Source: Anthoceros angustus (taxonomy: Eukaryota > Plantae > Anthocerotophyta). From it: 64,000 nt of DNA. The notes under the pieces are model-generated. The model was not told the DNA's origin. It ran no database searches and was given only the letters and a program-made list of their open reading frames with translations. Of this stretch, positions 24,562 to 34,750 are shown in pieces; position 1 is the first letter of the stretch; every line of letters begins with the position of its first letter. The position numbers were made by a program, and so were the translations under genes. The stretch lies in NCBI GenBank assembly GCA_010909165.1, contig VJWM01000227.1, positions 62,001 through 126,000 of the forward strand. Reading direction: 5' to 3'.

Positions 24562-26804
24562 GTGAGCATGGGGGTGCGGCGGTTTTCCCTGCCCTGGGAA
24601 CGTCTGCTGGGGCTCACCACCTGGATGACCTTCTGCCTGCTGGTGAGGTCTCGACCTCCAGCGCAATTTATCTTTGGAGACTCTTTGGTGGATCAAGGAA
24701 ACAACAACTACCTGGCTGCATCCTTGGCCAAGGCCAACTTCAGGCCCAATGGCATTGACCGCCCAGACCACCAAGCCACAGGGCGTTTCTGCAACAATGC
24801 CATCATTCCTGACCTCATCGGTGAGTTTGGAATGGATGGAAAACTGGTGCTGTAGAGTGTGAGACTGGTCAGACAGTTGCTTGATTATTAGGAGAGTGGC
24901 TCTTGAATGCAGGTGAGGCTCTGGGGATACCGACTGTGCCTGCAGTGCTGGACCCTCGGGCCCGTGGCCAGAATCTGCTCAACGGTGTTAGCTTTGCGTC
25001 AGCTGGAGCTGGAATTTTGAATGACACAGGATCCATATTTGTAAGCTCTTTGTTGATGTCTACGTTCCAGATGCCTACTCAGTTTTTTCTGCCAGCAGGG
25101 CTACGCTGAATCAAAATCATGTGGGGCTTGTGAATGAAAGGAGAGGAGATAGTGAGCTAGCCTAGCTAACCTGTCGGAGGGCAGTTAGGTCCAAATTTCA
25201 GCACCTGTACGTCTTCATTCGCATAATTCAGCAGCCATGTCTCTCCCAAACGAGAGGGATGTGTCCATCCGGCACCCACTATTGATTATCGAAGACGACA
25301 AGTACAACATCTCCGTAGGAGACGCCGATGACACGAGGCCCGACGTTGAAGAAGCAGCACCCCCGATTACTGGCACCACTTGCTGCAAAGGTAAGGCACT
25401 AACTTAGAGCTGTGAGAGTTCTTTCAAAAGCCCTGGAGGCTGTTGCTCACATCGAAAGGTCTAAGCAGACGGTAGCAGAGCTGGTCGGGGCATTTCTGCT
25501 GCTGGTGTTCTCAGGGGTTCGGTGTTTGCAAACTATCTGAGTGGAGGAGGAATATCATTCTTGGGCATAGCTCTGGCTTCAGGTGCCACGGTCATGGCTG
25601 TGATTCTCTATAGGTCACATTTCAGGGGCTCATCTGAACCCTGCTGTGACCATTGCTTTGCTGCAGCTCGTCAATTCCCATTGCTTGAGGTAAGCACGTA
25701 GAACTATGCTGCTGGCTGCTCGGATCTCATCTGCAAGAATTTGCTCAGGTAACTGAACCTGGACAATGATATGCTGCAGGTTCCCTTCTACCTAGCAGGA
25801 CAGTTCACAGGGTGCATCCTTGCAGCCTTTGTCCTTAACATCATCTTTGGCCCTGCAAGTCTCATAGTGACCAAGCCCTATGGAAGCAACCTCCAGTCGC
25901 TGGTGGCAGAAGCTCTTGCAACCTTCTTCATGATGTTCGTGGCCTCGGCAGTGGCCACTGACGCCCGAGCTGTGCCACCCTATACCTGAAAGAACCCCAT
26001 GCGTTCTGCTTTATCGTTCTTGCAGTCATTGACGTGATCAATTCTCAAAGGAAGCGACAATACAGCCCTCCGAGATATCTGAACCTCCTCATCTCCACTT
26101 TCAGGGAGCAATTAGTGGTATCTCCCATTGAGCCCTGGCCCTGCCCCTCTCTTCACGAGCCTGTTCAGAACGATTTTTGTGAAAAACACAACCTTCCTGA
26201 CATGCTTCCTGGCTTGCTTGTGTTGATGAACAGCAAATCTACAACTATGGAGCACGCAAAATCGTGGTTGCAGGTATCGGGCCTCTGGGCTGCATCCCTT
26301 CACAACTCAACGCAGGCAGCAAGAACGGAGAGTGCGTGGACAGCGTCAACCAATATGCTCTCAGCTTCAACAGGGCTGTGAAGCCCATGCTGGCAGACTT
26401 GAATGCGCAGCTTCCAGGTGTGCACATAATCTTCTCAGAGAGCTACAACGTGGCCATGGACGTCCTCAACAATGCTGCGGCATATGGTAATTCCGACAAG
26501 TGCATGCAATCACTAAGGAGATGGGTGAATGTGGCTTAACTTGGAAACTCACTCTGAGAACCAACCTTGCTTGGCGCTTGCAGGCTTTACAGAGACGAAG
26601 ACAGCCTGCTGTGGAACAGGAAGGTTCAACGGCGTGATTGCATGCAGCCCTCTCGTGGGCTACTGTTCCGACAGAAGATCGCATTTCTGGTGGGATGCCT
26701 TCCACCCCTCTGACGAGGTCAACCGCATTGTGACTAACCGGATACTGAACGGACCACCTTCGGACATCCACCCGATGAACATCAAGCAGCTGATCGCTAT
26801 ATGA
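24562..26804 (+). pseudogene. GDSL lipase disrupted by a NIP gene fragment that replaces most of exon 3
   Basis: IFGDSLVDQGNNNY, GVSFASAGAG, RKIVVAGIGPLGCIP and WWDAFHP are present. The GxND block is absent and exon 3 resumes at 26040 (NSQRKRQYSPPRY). Confidence 0.8.
25125..26042 (+). pseudogene. Partial near-identical copy of the STAR NIP gene (5' flank and exons 1-3; source 22032-22965)
   Basis: Near identity to 22032-22965 apart from several 1-2-bp deletions in homopolymer or dinucleotide runs and one 9-bp deletion. Confidence 0.9.
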
Positions 26805-28059
26805 CTCCAGATCGATGGCCCTATTTCCATAAGGTTCCGCTCCTGCAAAACCAGGTCCTAGCATGCAGAACTGGTAGTAAAGGCCACATACATTGGGCTC
26901 ATGTATAGATAGATCTGTAGTTGCCTGACAGGACTGCATTGCAATGTTCCAACCAGTGTGCAAAGCAACAGAGAAGCAATAAGTGCCACAACAACATTCC
27001 GCATCAGAACTTTGAAGCTTGCAAAAAAAATCCCAAAAGACCTGAACCGACCGACCCCGACCGATATTAGAAACCTTCGGAAAAAATGTGGGCTCTGTGT
27101 GATCGAGTTCCCTTGGCCCGCACTGCAGTGTCGACAGTCGACAAAGTTCCCGATTCCTCTCTGCGCGAGCTAATATCAATGTGCACACGTACAACCAAGC
27201 CTGGCAGGAGAACCGATCACACAGATCCCAATTTTTTCCCGAACTCGTTGCGACAGGAAATGACCAGGTCCATCGTCCATGCATGCTTGCAAGTTCGAAA
27301 GGCCGGGAAGTTGGGAAGGCAAAGCGTCCGACGCCCAAGTTGACAAGTATCTAGAGTCCATGTTAAGAAATGGACGAAGGGAATCAGGGTGCGGCATGCA
27401 AACAGAATAAGGGCCAGCAAAACCACAAAACTGAGCCAGCGGCCGTTTGTACAGCGCTGCTCAAATCCCAGAATCTTTGATGGCAAACAGGCAGCCGCCG
27501 GATCAAATGTCTATGTAGATACAGACGTGAGCCTCCAGAGGCGGGAGTGGGCCACCCTCAAGCTGGTGGAAGAAAACGACATGCAAGCTGCACCAGACGC
27601 ATTTTGCAGGTTGTAGAATCCTCACAATTGCGCCACTACTGTCATCCTCAACAAGGATGCTTCCAGTCTGGCATCCAGATCTCCATGATTTCCTCAAGAA
27701 CGTATTAAACTGTTGATGAATCTGGTGCTTTTCATGAACAAACTCGGCTGGGGCCTCAAAGCCGAAGCCTGGGCTAGACGTGGCTGCGCGAACAAATGTA
27801 CCCACAAATTTTCACGAGAACAGAACGCGCACGAGTGGTGCTACAGACTTAAACAGGCGGGGACGAGATGCGATGCTTTGTTCTTTCGGCGTTGCGTTCA
27901 ATTGAGCTTCAGAATAGTGGTACAACGTTCTACTGTACAGAGATGGAACAACTTGGTTCTCTGTCACACTGTGCAGACAGAACGGGTTCAAATTGAAAGC
28001 AAATCAATTCGGAGTCCGATGCGCGCTGGCTGCTAAATTACGCTCCGGATCCTCACTTG

Positions 28060-28806
28060 TTAAGCCTGGAAGGCGGTGGGCTTCTGCACCAGGAAAGCCA
28101 CGACCTGCACCTGCCTGACGTTGTCGAAGCCGATGACCCGGATGAAGGACTCGGGGTAGGCCTTCCTGGCCTCCTGCACCTCGCGCAGCACCTGGGCCGG
28201 GTCGTTGGCGCCGAAGAGGGGCAGCTTCCACAGGGTGTAGTAGCGCCCGTCGTAGTAGCCAGGGCCGGCGTAGTGGGTCTTGGTCACGGAAGACACCTGC
28301 CAGGCGCACCACATTGCAACATTGCGAGCAACATTGTGAGACCGGCAGCGCGCAAAACATCACGCATGTACAGCACATTCCAGACAGCTGGTGGGCTTAC
28401 CGTGTCGAACTCGATGGCGGGGATGAGGTTCTTCTTGATGAGGAAGTCCACCTGCTTGTAGATCTGGTCGTCGGTGAGGGGCGGCAGGTACGACAGCGTC
28501 TCGAACTTGAGGTTGGTGTTGGGGTTCACCACCTGCGGCCACAGGAGCAGGGGCAGGAGCATCAGCATCAGCATTGGGCGCAACGCACGGCCGGCAGCGG
28601 GCTTGCGGGTGTCGGCGTACAAGGAAGGCGTTAGTGCGGCTGCCATTGGAGACGGTCTTGGCGGAGAGCGAGGAGCTGCCGATTCCGGCTCCCAGGGGCA
28701 GGGGAGCCAGGCGCAGGCCGGTGGCGGAAGACGCAGCCACGGCGCTGGGCCTGGAGACGCAGGACGCCGCGGCCAGAGTGGAGGACGCGGTGGCGAGGGC
28801 GGCCAT
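28060..28806 (-). CDS. RBCS: Rubisco small subunit, divergent, 3 exons (28806-28621, 28532-28401, 28296-28060)
   Basis: Ala/Ser-rich transit peptide ending [10 protein letters not shown]; [41 protein letters not shown]; strong C/G bias at third codon positions. Confidence 0.97.
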
Positions 28807-28891
28807 GGCTGCTCTCTTGCTCAACACAAGTCCGCTGTAGCGTCACTGTGGGTTCCTGCCGCTCGGATGCTTAGACACTCAGATACGGCAG

Positions 28892-28899
28892 CTCTTATA
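28892..28899 (-). promoter_or_regulatory. Probable RbcS TATA box
   Basis: TATAAGAG on the minus strand about 90 bp upstream of the ATG. Confidence 0.45.
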
Positions 28900-29092
28900 T
28901 GTAGGTTGCGTTGCGGTCCAGATGCAGCGCACCGGGGACCAGGTGCGTTGTATGCTGTCCTTTCCTTTGTTGAATTGTTACATGTACCACTCCTACAACT
29001 GCCCTTCCCTTCATATGCCGTTGCTCCGGCACCACTTCCTCTCAAATCTATAAGGTATGATAGCCAACACGTTTGTTACTCATCTCTCAAGT

Positions 29093-29098
29093 CTTATC
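29093..29098 (-). promoter_or_regulatory. I-box (GATAAG) in the RbcS upstream region
   Basis: Exact GATAAG about 290 bp upstream of the ATG, with an ACGT core near 29069. I-boxes are typical of RbcS promoters, but a 6-mer can occur by chance. Confidence 0.35.
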
Positions 29099-29251
29099 CT
29101 TGCTTGGCTTAATCTGCTCAGGTGCGGCGTTACTTCTTTCCATATTATTAAATATATTCAATTAGTCTAAGTAATTTAAATATTAAAAATATTCTTAAGA
29201 TTATTTTTTTAAGCTCTTCTTTGCTTTTAACCTTTTGCGTATGTGCCTAGC

Positions 29252-29430
29252 AATAAAAAATTACAAGTGAATGAGCCACGCAACAAAGAATTACAACTGA
29301 ATGAGCCACGCAACAAAGAATTACAACTGAATGAGCCATACATCAAAGAATTACAACTGAATGAGCCACGCATCAAAGAATTACAATTGAATGAACCACG
29401 CAACAAAGAATTACAACTGAATGAACCAAG
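29252..29430. repeat. 30-bp minisatellite, 6 copies
   Basis: aacaaagaattacaactgaatgagccacgc repeated in tandem. Confidence 0.95.
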
Positions 29431-30129
29431 CAGCCTCACACACTCGGCTGACCTAATTAACAACCCTAGTATCCGTAGGGGAACAAGGGAGGGTGACAAT
29501 AACATGAGCCCAACATATCCCACCTTTCATTACCCTAAACATGTGAATGAAGTACCATGGCTTTTCCAAGCATTGTTCTAACCAAGTTTTTTATATTGTT
29601 GATCAATTGGTGATTTGAAGACTTTTATCCTTAGCTATATCGTTGACCAATCAATCATAAAGAGAATTTTGATATTGTTTAAACCCTTCACCAATAAAAA
29701 ATATTAAGATCTTATTATATTTTTCACCAATCGGTATTAGTTAGGTATAAAATAATTTTCTTCAACTTCCTCATAGCTATCCCAAATTCACAATCTCCTT
29801 CTCTCTACCCTTTTCCTTGGTATCTCTTCATTGTACAAATGGAGATGAGATGAGGCCACCCACAAGGGATGTGTTGACATAGGATATCTGTATGTCGACA
29901 AGGTATTTATAATATATTGTACAAAACACTAGCTTATTTTGAGGAAATAGATAATTACTAACAGCTTAAAAGCATGGCATCCGATCTATTGTATGATTTC
30001 TTAGGATGAGAAGATGCCATTGTCATATGAGAGCTAAAGTGATACCGTGGGATTGATGTCTTTGCCAGATCTTTACAAAAAGTCCGCATGATATGAGGAT
30101 ATAGAGAGAGCACTATGGTGTTCTCAAAG

Positions 30130-30520
30130 CATTTATAGCATGAGCCCGTATATGTGCTTATGGCCATGCCTACGCATTTGCAGGTAGGTGGACCGATGTA
30201 GATGATTGACACACATAGTGCAAAAGGGTAGGAGGACCTAACATGAGCGGCCAGCATGGAGAAAAAAAGGGATGTGCATAGATTTGTGGTAGGAGAGAGA
30301 AGGAAGGTTATTGCGCTGAAGGTAGGGAGCACGAATGCACATCTGAGAAGCAGGAAGGAGGGCACGTACCTCACACAAAGTTGGTGTTGAAGCCACTTTG
30401 TGACAAGGGAAAAAAGAAAGTGCGCTTTGTGGAAAAAATGTCTTTGTGGGCATGTTGAGAGAAGCTACGTGTGGTACCCCGAGTTGGACACCGCTGGTGG
30501 TAACGATGGCACAGACCGCA
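30130..30520 (+). pseudogene. Decayed E2/DYW:KP fragment paralogous to the downstream PPR gene
   Basis: gcaggtaggtggaccgatgtagat, gtgcatagatttgtggtaggagag and gggcatgttgagagaagcta align with 32815-33125 but contain many indels. Confidence 0.75.
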
Positions 30521-30658
30521 TCATTTTCTGTCCAGAACCCGGAAACCGTAAATTGTTTCTTTCTTCTGAAGCAAAGAAACTGTAGGAAAAACCGTCTTCT
30601 CTGGACAAAGTGGACGATGTAGGCTTCGTCTCCCGAAGGACCCAGTGAACATAGACGC

Positions 30659-33265
30659 ATGCCCATGATACGTCTATGTTCACATCCCGCTCCCCGTTTG
30701 CACTTGCAGTTGCTCCAGGCTAAGGCGATGCGTCGGCGGGGACTACTGCGGTCCAACAATTTGGGTGTGTGTACAGGGCTTCTACGGGGAGCTCCCGCTC
30801 ACCTCATCTCAGGGAGTCAACCTCCGGCAAACAACCAAGCCGCGAGCATCTTCACTTTCGAGAAAATGTGTGGGTGGGGACGGGTTATCCAGCGATGGTC
30901 GTCGCCAGGAGCAGGAGCAGGCGCACTTGTGGCCACAATTTTCTCAGGATCCTAACATGTGGTGGGACAATAGACGAGATATGTTCAAGCCAGCTCGGGT
31001 TGATGAGCAGCTCGTTCCCTTGGATATGCACATGGGTCATGGTGCGTCTCCTTCCAAGTCGAGCTCCCCAGATAATCCTGAACCTGGGAGCCGTGCAGAA
31101 TTGGAAATGGGCTCGAGGTGCAGCGGTGTAAGGAGCCCAGCGCTCTTACTTCTGAGAAAATGTGTGGGTGAGGACGGGTTTTTCAACCTTGGTCGTCGCC
31201 AGGAGGAGGAGGAGGAGCAGGAGCACTTGTGGCAACAATTTTTTCAAGCCCTACCATGTGGTGGGACAACAGACGAGATAACAAGAGCGCCCATTCGCCT
31301 GACTTCCGGCGTAAGGGGTCTGGCGAGGTGCTGTGGTTAAACAACATGTTTAAGCAGACTTGGGTTGATGATCAGCTCGCTTCCTTGGATATGCTGATGG
31401 GTCATGGTGCCTCTCCTTTTGAGTCCAACTCTTGGTATAAGCCTGAACCTGGCAGGCGTGCATCGGAAATGGGCGTCGTTACGGCTGCAACGGTGAGCAC
31501 GTTATGTCAGCAAGGGAAGCTTTGTGAGGTCGTTGGAGCCCTGGATTCTGTGGTGCTGACAGACACTGCTATATCTCAGTCTCTGTTTTACAATGTGCTG
31601 AAACTGTGTACTTCTAAGAAGGATCGGGTTGTGGGGCCGACGAGTTCGTGACCTTACAGTGAAATATCGGGTCCGAGTCAGATGCATACTTGGGGAACCA
31701 TATCTTGCGCATGTATGCACGTGGTGTTAGTCTACAGGAGGCCATGGATGTGTTCACCAGGGTGGGCAAACCAGATGTCTTCATGTGGGGTTCCATAATC
31801 TCTGCATATGCTAAGCATGGGAAACCTAGCGAGGCCATACAACTGTACCATGAGATGCGTTGGTCAGGAGTGAAGGCAGATGCTCACGTCTTTGTAGCTG
31901 CCCTTCAAGCTTGCGCATTTGCGGCTGACTTGAAGTCTACCAGAAAAGTGCACTGCGATGTATTGGACAGTGGCATTTCTATTAACTTGTTTGTTGGCAC
32001 CAGCCTGGTGGACGTGTACGCAAAATGTGGTGAACTGAAAGATGCCCGCCAGGTTTTTGACAGCATGGCCACAAAGAATGTTGTGACATGGACGGCATTG
32101 ATTGCTGGGTATGCCGAGCAAGGGCTCGGACATGAGGCGCTTGTTCTATGTGGACAAATGGAGCAGGAGGGGCTGATTTTGGCTAACCATGTTACTTTTG
32201 CTTGCCTTCTGAACGCCTGTGCTAGGACTGGTACCTTACAGAAAGGCAGGCAGCTGCACTCACAGATTGTGGAACAAGGATTGCTGGATAACGTAGTGTT
32301 GGGCTTCTGCCTGGTGGACATGCATGCAAAGTGTGGTGAACTGAGAGACGCACGCCAGGTTTTTGACAGCATGGCAACAAAGAATGTGGTGACATGGAAT
32401 GCCCTGATATCTGCGTATGGTACTTGTGATGAAGGTCACAAGGCACTAGCTTGTTTTGAGGAGATGTTGGCTGAATGATACAACTTTTACTTGCCTTTTG
32501 GTAGCATACAGTCATGAGGGACTGGTCCACGAGGGTCGCAAGCACTTTGATTCGATGGCTGAACAGCATGGCTTCAAACCTACTATTGAGCATCACAATT
32601 GTATGGTTGATCTTCTTGGGCGTGCAGGCCATTTAGATGAGGCAGAGAAGATGCTTTTGTCATGTGAGGGCCAAATTGATGTTGTGGGCTTGACGTCTTT
32701 GTTGAATGCCTGCAAAAGTCACGGGGATATAGAGGGCAACGTGGTGTTTTGAAAGCATTGTTAGGCTGGCCCCCCAGGAGGCGTATGTGCTCATGGCCAA
32801 TGCCTATGCAGATGCAGGTAGGTGGACCGATGTAGATAGGATTGAAACACGTAGGAGGGTAGCAGGAGCTAATAAAAAACCTGCAGTGGCGAGCATTGAG
32901 GTGAATAAGCAGGTACATAGATTTTGGTGGGAGAGGAAGAGGATATTGCGCTCAAGGTAGAGAGCACAAATGCACGTCTGAAGCAGGAAGGAGGCCACGT
33001 TTCTCACAGAGTTGGTGTTGAAGCTGAGAAGGAAAAGGAAGATGCGCTTTGTGGGCATGCTGAGAAGCTAGCTCTGGCGTTTGGTCTGTTGAACACTCCG
33101 AGTGGGACACCTCTGGTGGTAACGAAGAATCTACGCATGTGCAGTGACTGCCACAGTTCCACAGGGATCATGTCAAGGCTTGAACAGAGGTACATTGTTG
33201 TAAGGGATGGGTACCGGGTGCATCGATTCGCAGTTGGTTGTTGCAGTTGTGAGGGTCGACCGTGA
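30659..33265 (+). CDS. PLS-class PPR protein with N-terminal OSB-like PDF motifs and a C-terminal DYW:KP (GRP) deaminase domain; several frameshifts (errors or pseudogene)
   Basis: Arg-rich N-terminus; WWDNR..PDF..LWL motif; about 10 P/L/S repeats, E1 and E2; KKPAVASIEVNKQVHRF, HAEKLA, CSDCH and terminal CSCEGRP*. Confidence 0.85.
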
Positions 33266-33598
33266 GAATAATGAAGGACTACCCAATGCTCAAGTGTGTA
33301 GGTACGCCAGAGAAAGTTGCTCTCTCTTTTTGGGGTAAATGTGCGTGCTTAACCCCATCCCTGGCTAAACGGACACGTGAACGTGGATTGCTAACTCTGC
33401 CCCTATCGAACAGGGAGAATCAAAATGGAATGAATCTCTCTCGGTCGAGTGAAATCAAGATAGTTTAGACCGGTTTTCTTGAGGCTCGTTGCGTGGCATT
33501 ATGGGCTTGAAAAGATTTTTATGGCATTAGGGGCTTGAAAAGATTAGTTGGACAAAGTTGAAGGAATATTTCACGTTGAAGGAAGTGCAGGTTGTCTT

Positions 33599-34750
33599 GA
33601 GGAGATGTTGGCTGAATGATACAACTTTTACTTGCCTTTTGGTAGCATACAGTCATGAGGGACTGGTCCACGAGGGTCGCAAGCACTTTGATTCGATGGC
33701 TGAACAGCATGGCTTCAAACCTACTATTGAGCATCACAATTGTATGGTTGATCTTCTTGGGCGTGCAGGCCATTTAGATGAGGCAGAGAAGATGCTTTTG
33801 TCATGTGAGGGCCAAATTGATGTTGTGGGCTTGACGTCTTTGTTAAATGCCTACAAAAGTCACGGGGATATGGAGAGGGCAACGTGGTGTTTTGAAAGAA
33901 TTGTTAGGCTGGCCCCCCAGGAGGCGTATGTGCTCATGGCCCATGCCTATGCAGATGCAGGTAGGTGGACCGATGTAGATAGGATTGAAACACGTAGGAG
34001 GGTAGCAGGAGCTAATAAAAAACCTGCAGTGGCGAGCATTGAGGTGAATAAGCAGGTACATAGATTTTTGGTGGGAGAGAGGAAAGAGGATATTGCGCTC
34101 AAGGCAGAGAGCACAAATGCACGGCTGAAGCAGGAAGGTGGCCACGTTTCTCACAGAGTTGGTGTTGAAGCTAGAGAAGGAAAAAGAAGATGCGCTTTGC
34201 TGGCATGCTGAGAAGCTTGCTCTGGCGTTTGGTCTGTTGAACACTCCGAGTGGGACACCTCTGGTGTTAACGAAGAATCGACGCATGTGCAGTGACTGCC
34301 ACAGTTCCACAGGGATCATGTCAAGGCTTGAACAGAGGTACATTGTTGTAAGGGATGGGTACCGGGTGCATCGATTCGCAGTTGGTTGTTGCAGTTGTGA
34401 GGGTCGACCGTGAGAATAATGAAGGACTACCCAATGCTCAAGTGTGTAGGTACGCCAGAGAAAGTTGCTCTCTCTTTTTGGGGTAAATGTGCGTGCTTAA
34501 CCCCATCCCTGGCTAAACGGACACGTGAACGTGGATTGCTAACTCTGCCCCTATCGAACAGGGAGAATCAAAATGGAATGAATCTCTCTCGGTCGAGTGA
34601 AATCAAGATAGTTTAGACCGGTTTTCTTGAGGCTCAGTGTACGTGGCATTATGGGCTTGAAAAGATTTTTATGGCATTAGGGGCTTGAAAGATTAGTTGG
34701 ACAAAGTTGAAGGAATATTTCACGTTGAAGGGAAGTGCAGGTTGTCTTGA
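33599..34750 (+). repeat. Tandem duplicate (about 1.15 kb) of 32456-33598: PPR C-terminus, DYW domain and start of gypsy pol
   Basis: Near-identical sequence joined at a ttga microhomology; second GRP-ending DYW ORF at 34138-34413. Confidence 0.9.

Noticed and set aside
26466-27805. 290-aa minus-strand ORF and neighbouring short ORFs
   Set aside because: Largely antisense to the GDSL last exon and UTR; no domain recognised.
28000-28062. Possible C-terminal extension of RbcS, as reported in pyrenoid-forming hornworts
   Set aside because: In-frame TAA directly after KPTAFQA; the donor-like gtgagg lies after the stop codon.
28981-28990. EIL/SLIM1-like site ATGTACC upstream of RbcS
   Set aside because: Imperfect match to a short motif; expected by chance.
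29243-29581. ORF with NKELQLNEPR decapeptide repeats
   Set aside because: In-frame 30-bp minisatellite with a non-ATG start and no coding support.
30659-33265. Calling the PPR, MULE transposase and 62.5-63.3 kb genes definite pseudogenes
   Set aside because: Many frameshifts sit in homopolymers and differ between duplicate copies, so sequencing error cannot be excluded.
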